A stretch of DNA of 32,000 nt from an uncultured archaeon (GTDB lineage Archaea; Iainarchaeota; Iainarchaeia; Iainarchaeales; Iainarchaeaceae). Shown piece by piece: positions 1 through 7,708 of this stretch. Below the pieces are notes generated by a model. The model did not search any database, was not told the DNA's origin, and saw only the letters and a list, made by a program, of their open reading frames with translations. The DNA lies in assembly GCA_964577555.1 (NCBI GenBank), contig CAZNZM010000003.1, positions 42,037 to 74,036 on the forward strand, given 5' to 3'. Within the stretch, counting starts at the first letter, position 1; each line of letters begins with the position of its first letter. The position numbers were made by a program, and so were the translations under genes.

Positions 1-37
1 AAAACCTTTTGTTAAAATTCCTTGATATTGTTGTAAG

Positions 38-425
38 ATTTTTTTTAGCTTAATTTGTTTTTTTTTGATTTTTAAGAATTTCAAGTTTGCTTTTTTGTTT
101 TTTTTGTTAATTGTTTTTTTATTTGTTTTTTTTTGTTTGGTTTTTGCAAGCTGTTTTTTTATGGAATTTGTTTTTTTTTTAATTTTAAATTGTTTTGTCT
201 TTTTTTTTGTGGTTTGGTTTTTTTTTCAAGCTGTTTTTTTTTTATGGAATTTTGTTTTTTTTTGGCGAGCCGATTTTTTTTTGTTAATTGTTTTTTTTTA
301 TTTGTTTTTTTTTAATTTTTGTTGTTTTTTTTGGTGTTGGTGATTTTTTTTTTGTTATTTTTTTTTAATTTTTGTTGTTTTTTTTGTGGCTTGTTTTTTT
401 TGTTTTTTTAAATTCTATTTTTTTT
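38..425 (+). repeat. T/G-rich modular low-complexity array, locus A
   Basis: Runs of 6-10 T are interrupted by short G/C words: caagctg at 147 and 227, ggcgagccga at 264-273, gtggcttg at 386-393. Modules are duplicated internally at 101-134 vs 274-313, 147-180 vs 227-263, and 313-334 vs 366-387. Unit 187-226 recurs at 4690-4726. Confidence 0.8.
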
Positions 426-936
426 AGGGTGTTATTCTTGTGACTTCGTAGTAGTTTATTTCGTTTTCCGAGTCTACAACTGCGTTTAAAAGTTTTGTTT
501 TTAGGTTTCCTGCCAATCTGACCATTCTGGATAGTTCTATGAAATTGTATTTGTCGTCTTGTGATGTTACGTTTATGCACCATTGTGAATGTGCTTCTCC
601 TGGTTTTTTTCCTCTTGGATATACTCTGAAATCAAATCCGAATTTGAATCCTGTTTTTACTACAAATCCTCTGTTTCTTAGGTCTTTGAATACTTGGTAT
701 TTTAGGTAAAAGTTTTTGATTTTTTTGTCCGCGTAATTCAAGTATTCTTCTTCATTCATTGTTTTTCCTGTTTTTCCGTTTGTTATGCTGAATTTTTCTT
801 TTTCAAGCAGGTATAGTCCTTCAAACAAGTCTAATATTAGTTCTTGTTCTTTGTTTTCGCCGAAGCCTCTTTGTCTTAATGCGTCTGCCAGTCTTTTGTC
901 TTTTGTGAGTATTTTGTCGTTTATGATTATTGCCAT
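424..936 (-). CDS. endA: tRNA-splicing endonuclease, short (about 170 aa) homotetramer-type EndA
   Basis: 170 aa with an ATG start. The C-terminal catalytic domain pattern YQVFKDLRNRGFVVKTGFKFGFDFRVY...GEAHS is typical of archaeal EndA. A TATA-like ttaataacc lies about 26 nt upstream. Confidence 0.85.
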   Translation of the reverse strand: MAIIINDKILTKDKRLADALRQRGFGENKEQELILDLFEGLYLLEKEKFSITNGKTGKTMNEEEYLNYADKKIKNFYLKYQVFKDLRNRGFVVKTGFKFGFDFRVYPRGKKPGEAHSQWCINVTSQDDKYNFIELSRMVRLAGNLKTKLLNAVVDSENEINYYEVTRITP

Positions 937-1135
937 AATAATTCTATTTTGGCAATTGGTTATTAATGATTGTTGTTTGTCATTTTGTTAAATTGGTGTT
1001 GTATGTGGTTTTGTTTTAAAAAATTTTGATTGTTTTTTTTGTTTTGTATTTGATTTTTAATTGGTTTGTTGTGAAACTTTTTTGGTTAAATATGTTTTTG
1101 AATTTAATATGTTTTAATATTTTGGGTGGTTTTTT

Positions 1136-2227
1136 TTGGAAAAGCCTTTGATTGATCCTTGGGGTTCTTTTGCAGTTAATGATTATACGCATGTTTTTCG
1201 TGAGTTTGGATTGACTCCTTTTTCTAGGGATTTTGCTGGGAATTTTGATTTTTTTCTTTTTGAGCGTGGCATTGTTGTTGCTCATAGGGATTTTGACAAG
1301 GTTTTGAAGAGGATTGAATCTAAGAAGCCTTTTATTAATATGACTGGCATTGCTTCTTCTGGGCCTTTTCATTTAGGGCATAAGGTGGATGTGGATTTGT
1401 TCAAGTTTTTCAAGTCGAAGGGTGGTAGGAATTATTTTGCTGTTTGTGACATTGATGCTTATGTGAGCAGGCCTGATGAGAAAATTCCTGATTTGAGGAC
1501 GGCTAAAAAGTTTGCTGTTCTTAATGTGGCTGATTTGCTTGCTTTGGGTTTGGAGAAGGAGGATATTTATGTTCAGTCAAGGCAAGGAAGCAGGTATTAT
1601 GAATTTGCTTTTGAGTTGAGTAAAAAGATAACTAAAAATACTTTTGAAGCTGTTTACGGGCATGTTGATTTGGGTAAGGTTTCTGCTAATTTGTTGCAGT
1701 ATTCTGATATTTTACATCCTCAATTGGTTGAGTTTGAGGGCCCGATGCCTTCTGTTACTGGCATTGGTTTGGATCAGGATCCGCATGCACGTTTGGTAAG
1801 GGATATTGTTAAGAGGTTGCCTTACAAAATGCAGGTTCCTTCTTTTATTTATTTTAAGCATCAGTCTGGTTTGCAGCCGGGACAAAAGATGTCTGCTTCA
1901 AAGCCTGAAACCGCTATTTTTTTGTCCGATTCGCCAAAGGATATTGAGAAAAAAATAAATAGGGCTTTTTCTGGTGGCCAGCCAACTGTTGAAGAGCATC
2001 GTGCAAAGGGTGGTAATATTGAAATTGACATGGTTTTTGAAATGTTGAAGTTTCATTATCCTGACACGAAAGAGCTTGAAAAGATTGGCATGGATTTTGC
2101 TTCGGGTAAAATGCTTGCATCTGAGTTGAAAAAATTTGCGGTTGATTTCTTTGTGCCTTTGCTTGTAGAGCACCAAAAAATGGCTAAGGGCAATATTGAA
2201 TTGGCTGAAAAATTGGTTTACGGGTGA
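1136..2227 (+). CDS. trpS: tryptophanyl-tRNA synthetase, archaeal/eukaryotic type
   Basis: Class I HIGH-type motif GPFHLGH. KMSKS-type motif KMSASKPETAIFLSDSPKDIEKKI followed by FSGG...EEHRAKGGN, as in archaeal and human TrpRS. The start is a TTG at 1136 preceded by GGGTGG at 1123-1128, so the exact start is uncertain. Confidence 0.9.
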   Translation: MEKPLIDPWGSFAVNDYTHVFREFGLTPFSRDFAGNFDFFLFERGIVVAHRDFDKVLKRIESKKPFINMTGIASSGPFHLGHKVDVDLFKFFKSKGGRNYFAVCDIDAYVSRPDEKIPDLRTAKKFAVLNVADLLALGLEKEDIYVQSRQGSRYYEFAFELSKKITKNTFEAVYGHVDLGKVSANLLQYSDILHPQLVEFEGPMPSVTGIGLDQDPHARLVRDIVKRLPYKMQVPSFIYFKHQSGLQPGQKMSASKPETAIFLSDSPKDIEKKINRAFSGGQPTVEEHRAKGGNIEIDMVFEMLKFHYPDTKELEKIGMDFASGKMLASELKKFAVDFFVPLLVEHQKMAKGNIELAEKLVYG

Positions 2228-2234
2228 TTATTTT

Positions 2235-2798
2235 TCATATTTTTCCAACGAGTTTTATTTCAGGTTTTATTGTTTTTTTGCCTGGTTTCCAATTCATTGG
2301 GCATACTTCGCCTTTGTTTTCTCTTACGAATTTTGCTGCTTCTAATTTTCTTATTGTTTCTTCCACGCTTCTGCCTATGTTGTTGTCGTGGAATTCAAAT
2401 GTCTTTATTATGCCATCCGGGTCGATTATAAATGTTGCTCTGAGTGAAAGCCCTTCTTGTTCTATAAGAGTGCCGTAAGCGGTGCATACTCTTCTGGCTG
2501 GGTCTGCAAGCATTGGAAATTTTATTTTTTTGATTGTTGGGGATTCGTCGTGCCATGCTTTGTGTACGAATGCTGTGTCAACGCTGACGCTTATTATTTC
2601 TGCGCCGAGTTTTTTTATTTTGTCATAGTTTTCTGCAAGTTCTCCGAGTTCTGTTGGGCAAACAAATGTAAAGTCGGCAGGATAAAAAAACAATATTACC
2701 CATTTTTCTTTGTAGTTTGACAGGCTTATTTTTTTGAATTTGTCGTCAACGTATGCTTCTTCAGTGAATTCTGGTGCTTTTTGGTTTATTGATATCAT
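2235..2798 (-). CDS. typical 2-Cys peroxiredoxin (AhpC/TSA family)
   Basis: Peroxidatic Cys motif FFYPADFTFVCPTE. Resolving Cys in GEVCPMNWKPG near the C-terminus. 187 aa. Confidence 0.9.
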   Translation of the reverse strand: MISINQKAPEFTEEAYVDDKFKKISLSNYKEKWVILFFYPADFTFVCPTELGELAENYDKIKKLGAEIISVSVDTAFVHKAWHDESPTIKKIKFPMLADPARRVCTAYGTLIEQEGLSLRATFIIDPDGIIKTFEFHDNNIGRSVEETIRKLEAAKFVRENKGEVCPMNWKPGKKTIKPEIKLVGKI

Positions 2799-2876
2799 GT
2801 TAAAATGGTTTTTAGCATCATTTTAAATTTTTTAGCTTTTGGCTTTTGTCAATATTTTTTTTGTTTGTAGTACTAT

Positions 2877-3656
2877 TTACAAAAATTTTTCTGTTATGCG
2901 CATTTGTTTTCTTTCAAGTCCTTTTATTTTTGCTTTTTCTTTTTCGCTTGGAGTAAGTTCAAAATCAAGTTTTGCGAATTCCAACCCGAGTTTTTCCAAT
3001 AGTTCTTTTGCGTTTTTTCTTATTGAAGGAGCAAGCAATATTCCGCGTGTTTTTATTCCTTTGAGTTTTTCAATTTCTTGCATGTATCTTTGGAGTTGTG
3101 TTACTGCTGAAAAGTCTGCTTGTCTTCTTTTGAGTTCTATTACAACAAAATTTCCATTTTTGTCTTGTGCAACTATGTCGCAAATTCCTTTTCTGAAGTG
3201 TTGTTGTTGGTTTATTGGTTTTAGGCCTGGTTCAACCATTGAAAGGTCTTCCATGAGTATTTTGTTCAAGTCTTTTTCTGAGCCGCTTAGTCTTAAATCG
3301 TCTGTTATTTCCATTTCGTGGTTCATGACTTGGTGTATTTTTTCGAACTCTATTCTGAGTAATTCTTTTGGTTTTGTTTTTGTTGCTTTTATGATTAGAG
3401 TGTTTTCGCCTAGGCTTGTTCCTATTTTCGTGTTTATCATGTAATTTGTGGGCCTTACTAGTCTGTTTTGGTGTATTGAGATTGAGCCGTCTCCTTTTAT
3501 TATCATTAACCTTTTTCCAATTGGCAATTTGGATGTTGCTCTTCCAATGTAATCTACTTTACATTCTCCTATTACCAGAACCATGTTTTTGTTGATTATT
3601 CCTTTGTCTATTTCCGATTTTATTTCTGTGAATTCATTCATGTTCTCTGCTCGCAT
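2877..3656 (-). CDS. nucS: NucS/EndoMS mismatch-specific endonuclease
   Basis: 259 aa. N-terminal ssDNA/mismatch-binding half (ECKVDYIGRA...IIKGDGSISIH). C-terminal RecB-like nuclease core GICDIVAQDKNGNFVVIELKRRQAD (D...ExK). Confidence 0.85.
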   Translation of the reverse strand: MRAENMNEFTEIKSEIDKGIINKNMVLVIGECKVDYIGRATSKLPIGKRLMIIKGDGSISIHQNRLVRPTNYMINTKIGTSLGENTLIIKATKTKPKELLRIEFEKIHQVMNHEMEITDDLRLSGSEKDLNKILMEDLSMVEPGLKPINQQQHFRKGICDIVAQDKNGNFVVIELKRRQADFSAVTQLQRYMQEIEKLKGIKTRGILLAPSIRKNAKELLEKLGLEFAKLDFELTPSEKEKAKIKGLERKQMRITEKFL

Positions 3657-3715
3657 TTAATTAATTTGTTTAAAGGTTTTATTATTTTTTTGGAAATTGT
3701 TTTGCCTGCAAACAA

Positions 3716-3743
3716 TTAAATATCTCTTTTAAGTAAGAGATTT
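3716..3743 (+). promoter_or_regulatory. putative promoter: TATA-like TTAAATA plus inverted repeat ATCTCTT-N6-AAGAGAT
   Basis: TTAAATA at 3716-3722, about 28 nt upstream of the ATG at 3747. A perfect 7-bp inverted repeat lies at 3722-3741. The 11-mer GTAAGAGATTT (3733-3743) recurs at 9254-9264 in the same promoter-proximal position. Confidence 0.35.
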
Positions 3744-3746
3744 AGA

Positions 3747-4373
3747 ATGAGAACTATTGATGCGAAGTCTTATGCTAATTCGTTTTTGGTTTTTGCAATA
3801 TTATTTTTAATAGGCATTTATACAAATGAACTTGGTTTTTGGAAAAACGCTGCAAATGCTTCTTTGATGACTGCGGTTTCTTTGATTTCCATAGTGCTTT
3901 TTTTGGGTCCTTTGTCCAGGTTTTTTCCAAATTATTTTATGCATGACTTGGTTTATCGTAAACCCATTGGTATTGCTGGTTTTGTTTTTACTATTATATA
4001 TTCTTGCATTTTATTTGCATTGAATGAGTTTGATTTTTATAAGCTTTTTTCTGGATCAAATTTTCTTTCGTCTTCTTATCTTGCTCTTTCCTTGTTGACA
4101 ATGTTTGCTCTTTGGTTAATTTCAATGCCTAAGTCTATTCAAGAGTTAAGTTTTGCAAGGTGGAAGTCTTTGCAAGGTTGGGGTTATGTTGCTCATGCTT
4201 TTTTGTTGTTGCATTTTTGTTTTGTTGATGCTTATTTTTTTCCGAAAACAATTACTGGCAAATTAATCGTTTTTTTGTCTATTTTAGCCATGGTTTCAAA
4301 AATTGCAGTGGTTTTAATTAACTTGCCTAAAAAGCACTCTTTGATGGAGATTAGTCGTTTAAAGAGGCATTGA
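3747..4373 (+). CDS. polytopic membrane protein, possibly ferric-reductase/MsrQ(YedZ)-like fold
   Basis: 208 aa with about 6 hydrophobic segments. The size and the pattern RKPIGIAGFVF...Y and WKSLQGWGYVAHAFLLLH loosely resemble YedZ/MsrQ, but not all heme-ligand His positions are visible. The family call is weak. Confidence 0.6.
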   Translation: MRTIDAKSYANSFLVFAILFLIGIYTNELGFWKNAANASLMTAVSLISIVLFLGPLSRFFPNYFMHDLVYRKPIGIAGFVFTIIYSCILFALNEFDFYKLFSGSNFLSSSYLALSLLTMFALWLISMPKSIQELSFARWKSLQGWGYVAHAFLLLHFCFVDAYFFPKTITGKLIVFLSILAMVSKIAVVLINLPKKHSLMEISRLKRH

Positions 4374-4383
4374 CAATCAGAAC

Positions 4384-4888
4384 TTTATTTTTTTTATTTT
4401 TTTTAAGCTTTTTTTTAATTTGTTTTTTTTGTTGTTTGTTTTTGGCGGGCTGTTTTTTTTGTATTGGTTTTTGTTTTTATTTTGTCAGCAAATTTTTTGT
4501 TATTTTTTTGGATTCTTTTTTTGCGAGCCGAATTTTTTTTTGTTATTTATTTTTTTTGTCTTTGTTGGTTTGGTTTTTTTTGAGCCAATGTTGTTTTTTT
4601 AAATTTGCTTTTTTTTTGTTTTTTTGGTATTGCTAGCCATTTTTTTGTCATTGTTTTTTGTGAGCTATTTTTTGTTATTTTTTTTATTTAAATTGTTTTG
4701 TCTTTTTTTTGTGGCTTGTTTTTTTTGAATTATTTTTTTTGATTTTTGTTTTTTTTGCGAGCCATTTTTTTGTCAATTTTTTTGTAATTTTATTTTTTTC
4801 TTAATTCATTTTTTCTCTTTTTTTTCAAGACAAGTTTTTTTGTCTTTGGTGGTTAGAAAATTGACTTTTTTTTGTTTTTTTGGTTTTA
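4384..4888 (+). repeat. T/G-rich modular low-complexity array, locus B (largest)
   Basis: About 500 bp between two + strand genes. At least 18 T-runs of 5-9 nt are separated by G/C words: ggcgggctg 4444-4452, gcgagccgaa 4523-4532, gagccaa 4582-4588, gctagcca 4632-4639, gtgagcta 4660-4667, gtggcttg 4711-4718, gcgagcca 4757-4764. The word TTTTTTTGTCA recurs at 4640-4650 and 4765-4775. Confidence 0.85.
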
Positions 4889-4939
4889 ATAAGTTGGTGT
4901 TCAAAAAGGTTTTAATTTGAAAGGCAGGCAATTTTTATT

Positions 4940-5950
4940 ATGGGTCATTTGGAAAAAGATTTTTCAAAAAAAGAAATTTTTGAAGAGGCTAAAAGGCTTA
5001 AGAGCAATATGTCTGCTTTGGATTATAGTTTAAACGAATGTCTTGTTTTTGCCCCTTTAACACTTAAAATAAATCGATTGAAAAAAGAGAAGAATGCAAT
5101 AATTCTTGCGCATAGTTATCAACGTCCTGAAATAGTTTTTGGCATAGCGGATTATTCTGGTGACAGTTATGGTTTAAGCGTTGAAGCATCAAAAACAAAG
5201 GCAGACATAATAGTTTTTTGTGGAGTGCATTTTATGGCTGAAACTGCTAAAATCATTAATCCTGGTAAAAAAGTTCTTGTTCCTTCTCTTGAAGCTGGTT
5301 GTTCTCTTGCTGAAAGCATTGCCGCAAAAGATGTCAGAGTACTCAAGGAAATGAATCAGGATGCAAAAGTTGTTTGTTATGTTAATACGTCTGCTGAAGT
5401 AAAAGCCGAATCTGATGCGTGCTGTACAAGTGCTAATGCTCTTAAAGTGGTTGAATCGATGCCTTCTGATAAAGTGATTTTTATTCCTGACAAGTTTATG
5501 GCTAAAAATTTGCAAAAGGTTTCAAAGAAGAAGATTATTAGTTGGGATGGTAAATGTGTTGTTCATGAGCAATTCAATTCTGAGCAAATAAGAGAATATA
5601 GGAGTGCCTATCCTGGTTTGGAGGTTTTGTCGCATTTGGAGTGCGACTCAAGTGTTATAGGGCTTTCCGATTTTTCTGGAGGAACCAATGATATGATAAA
5701 TTACATAAAGTCAAGTCGAGCTGATAAATTCATGGTTGTTACTGAATGCGGAATGTCTGATGTGTTGAGGCAAAAGTTTCCTGAAAAAACTTTTGTTACT
5801 CCTTGCAGCATTTGTCCTTATATGAAAAAAATAAATTTGGAGAATGTTTTGGCTTCTTTGGAGAATGAAGTTTTTGAAGTTGATGTTTCTCCTGAAATAA
5901 TTGGCAAGGCTAGTTTGGCTATTAAAAGAATGATTGAAATTGGAAAGTAA
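4940..5950 (+). CDS. nadA: quinolinate synthase
   Basis: 336 aa. NadA-typical blocks ILAHSYQRPEI, ADYSGDSYGLS, VFCGVHFMAETAKI, and conserved Cys positions (SLEAGCSL, CPYMK). Confidence 0.9.
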   Translation: MGHLEKDFSKKEIFEEAKRLKSNMSALDYSLNECLVFAPLTLKINRLKKEKNAIILAHSYQRPEIVFGIADYSGDSYGLSVEASKTKADIIVFCGVHFMAETAKIINPGKKVLVPSLEAGCSLAESIAAKDVRVLKEMNQDAKVVCYVNTSAEVKAESDACCTSANALKVVESMPSDKVIFIPDKFMAKNLQKVSKKKIISWDGKCVVHEQFNSEQIREYRSAYPGLEVLSHLECDSSVIGLSDFSGGTNDMINYIKSSRADKFMVVTECGMSDVLRQKFPEKTFVTPCSICPYMKKINLENVLASLENEVFEVDVSPEIIGKASLAIKRMIEIGK

Positions 5951-5959
5951 AAAATTGGT

Positions 5960-5980
5960 GTTCGGGCAAAACGCCCGAAC
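5960..5980. terminator. GC-rich perfect hairpin between convergent genes (bidirectional terminator candidate)
   Basis: gttcgggc (5960-5967), loop aaaac, gcccgaac (5973-5980). Flanked by aaaaaatt upstream and aattttt downstream. It sits between the nadA stop (5950) and the stop of the minus gene (5986). Confidence 0.5.
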
Positions 5981-5985
5981 AATTT

Positions 5986-6384
5986 TTAATATGTGTTCGC
6001 CATTGTTCTTTTTCCAAATCCATTTCCTTGTTTTCTGCACATGCCTGGTTGTTGCCAATTGTATTTTGGTTGGTTTAAACCAAGTTTTGCTTTGAGTTCA
6101 AGTGCTTTTTCCATATCTCCTTTTTCAATTGCTTTGTGGAGTTCTGAAAATGTTTGAAAGTTTTTTTCATTTATGATTTGGAATATTCTTCCGTTGGTTG
6201 GTAAATTATTTTCTTGCCTGATTTTTTTCCACTCAGCGTAATTTCCATCTTCTATTGCTTTTTCAATTTTTTCATGTAGTTCTGGATTGTAATTTATTAT
6301 TGGTTTTATTTGGTATGCTGCTGCAAAACCAGCTACAAATAGGCTTGTGGCTATTATTGTCATTATTATTGCGATTTTTTTCAT
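5986..6384 (-). CDS. small signal-anchored/secreted helical protein, unknown function
   Basis: The ORF track gives 5986..6504, but the internal ATG at 6384 is preceded by GGAGGT (reverse complement of acctcc at 6391-6396). It opens directly with the hydrophobic leader MKKIAIIMTIIATSLFVAGFAAA. I recognise no family. Confidence 0.6.
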   Translation of the reverse strand: MKKIAIIMTIIATSLFVAGFAAAYQIKPIINYNPELHEKIEKAIEDGNYAEWKKIRQENNLPTNGRIFQIINEKNFQTFSELHKAIEKGDMEKALELKAKLGLNQPKYNWQQPGMCRKQGNGFGKRTMANTY

Positions 6385-6500
6385 TATAATACCTCCTTTG
6401 TTTGGTATTAGAGGTTTTAGATTTTGGTTTATAAATTGGTTTTCCGGATTTATACCCAAATCTAGCCTAAATTTATTATTTTTTTGTATTTTTTTTGTTT

Positions 6501-6917
6501 TCATTCTTTTAGGAGATATATTAGTATTATTGTGGCTATTAGCGTAAATATTGAAGGTATTATTGTGAAAGGACCTAGTCCAGCTCCTCTGAATCCAAAA
6601 ATTTGTGTTAATAATGGGTTGGCTGTTAAACTTTGTGCAAATAAAGCCGATGCCATTGCGATTAGCCCCAAACTAAAATTAGATTTTAATTCCGAATAAA
6701 TTGTTGCATAATTATATATTAAATATATTAAAAGGAAAGAGTTTATTGTTGAGATAATTGTTTTAAAAAAATTTAATTCTTCGTTGATCATCATGCTTTT
6801 TCTTTGTCCTGGCGTGTAATAATAGTTTATCATTGAAACCATTAGAATTGTTGCAATTATTACAAATGCTATGACTGTTAAAGTTATTGTCATGGGGTTT
6901 TTAGTCTTGTTTTTCAT
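6501..6917 (-). CDS. 4-TM membrane protein, unknown function
   Basis: Hydrophobic segments VIAFVIIATILMV, INSFLLIYLIYNY, LGLIAMASALFAQ, IIPSIFTLIATIILIYL. I chose the ATG at 6917 because GAGGGA lies 8 nt upstream. The ORF extends to 6938. It overlaps the upstream wHTH gene end by 17 nt. Confidence 0.6.
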   Translation of the reverse strand: MKNKTKNPMTITLTVIAFVIIATILMVSMINYYYTPGQRKSMMINEELNFFKTIISTINSFLLIYLIYNYATIYSELKSNFSLGLIAMASALFAQSLTANPLLTQIFGFRGAGLGPFTIIPSIFTLIATIILIYLLKE

Positions 6918-7218
6918 GTTTTTTTCCCTCTTTATCATTTTGTTCGGTAATCATTTTTTTAAGTAATTCGGCGTTTTCTTTTAGTTTTTCCGAATAAAAA
7001 TAGATTTGTCCGTATTTATTTCCTATTTTTGTGATTAAACCGTTTTTTTCCATTAATTCTATGTGGTGTTGGGCTGTCTTGTAATTCATGCCTGTTCTTT
7101 TTGCTATTTCATTGAGGTTGGCTGGTTTTTTTTCTATTTCTTTTAAAATTGAAATTCTGCTTTTTCCTCCTTTTGAACCAGCAATCAGCCAATAAATTGT
7201 TTGTTGAAAGTAATCCAT
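6901..7218 (-). CDS. winged helix-turn-helix transcriptional regulator (ArsR/archaeal wHTH-like)
   Basis: 105 aa. SRISILKEIEKKPANLNEIAKRTGMNYKTAQHHIELMEKNGLI is a typical HTH plus wing pattern. An AT-rich TATA region lies about 26 nt upstream, suggesting a leaderless mRNA. Confidence 0.7.
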   Translation of the reverse strand: MDYFQQTIYWLIAGSKGGKSRISILKEIEKKPANLNEIAKRTGMNYKTAQHHIELMEKNGLITKIGNKYGQIYFYSEKLKENAELLKKMITEQNDKEGKKHEKQD

Positions 7219-7282
7219 ACCTTAAATCTTGGTTTGAAATATAATAAAAATACTTTATTGGATTTGTATTTGTGGTGGGTTT

Positions 7283-7693
7283 ATGAAATCTTATACAAAG
7301 TATTTGAAGTTTAATACAAAAAATCGTGTTGATTTTGTTTTAATTACTAATGAAATACAAAAAGCTGTTTCAGAATCTGGTGTTTGTGAAGGTTTTGTTC
7401 TTGTAAATCCTATGCATGTTACTTCTGCGGTTATTGTAAATGATAATGAACGTGGTTTGCATGAGGATTTTAAACGGGTTTTTGAACGTCTTGTGCCTTA
7501 TAATGCGGTTTATGAGCATAATGTTGGGGAAGATAATGCGGCTTCGCATATTTGGAGGCAATTAATTGGGCATCAGGTTGTTTTGCCAATAACAAAAGGG
7601 AAGCTTGATTTTGGTACTTGGGAGCAGGTTTTTTATTGTGAATTTGATGGGCAGAGGGAAAAAAGAGTTTTGGTAAAAATAATAGGGGAGTAA
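7283..7693 (+). CDS. YjbQ/UPF0047 family protein (secondary thiamine-phosphate synthase family)
   Basis: 136 aa. Family blocks HVTSAVIVNDNE, AASHIW, GKLDFGTWEQVFYCEFDGQREKRVLVKIIG. GGTGGG lies 4 nt upstream of the ATG. Confidence 0.8.
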   Translation: MKSYTKYLKFNTKNRVDFVLITNEIQKAVSESGVCEGFVLVNPMHVTSAVIVNDNERGLHEDFKRVFERLVPYNAVYEHNVGEDNAASHIWRQLIGHQVVLPITKGKLDFGTWEQVFYCEFDGQREKRVLVKIIGE

Positions 7694-7708
7694 AAAATTT
7701 GGGTGAAT

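Noticed and set aside
65-343. Phe-rich + strand ORFs in the T-rich arrays (65..343, 133..315, 4370..4636, 4420..4602, 15916..16104)
   Set aside because: Their composition is essentially translated poly-T (F, L, C, V). Overlapping frames are equally open, no SD-like element is visible, and they coincide exactly with the repeat arrays. I treat them as non-coding.
365-583. Lys-rich reverse-strand ORFs (365..583, 1016..1372, 9846..10097)
   Set aside because: They are translated poly-A from the array or promoter regions. 365..583 overlaps the well-supported endA gene and 1016..1372 overlaps trpS. 9846..10097 starts at a TTG with no SD.
4384-4888. CRISPR array interpretation of the repetitive arrays
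   Set aside because: There is no constant-length direct repeat alternating with unique spacers. Repeat words are 6-10 nt, spacing is irregular, the would-be spacers are T-runs, and no cas genes are in the window.
5986-6504. Full-length 172-aa version of the small secreted protein
   Set aside because: The first 40 codons are hydrophilic with no SD upstream. The internal ATG at 6384 has GGAGGT upstream and begins directly with the signal/anchor helix, so I annotate the shorter form.
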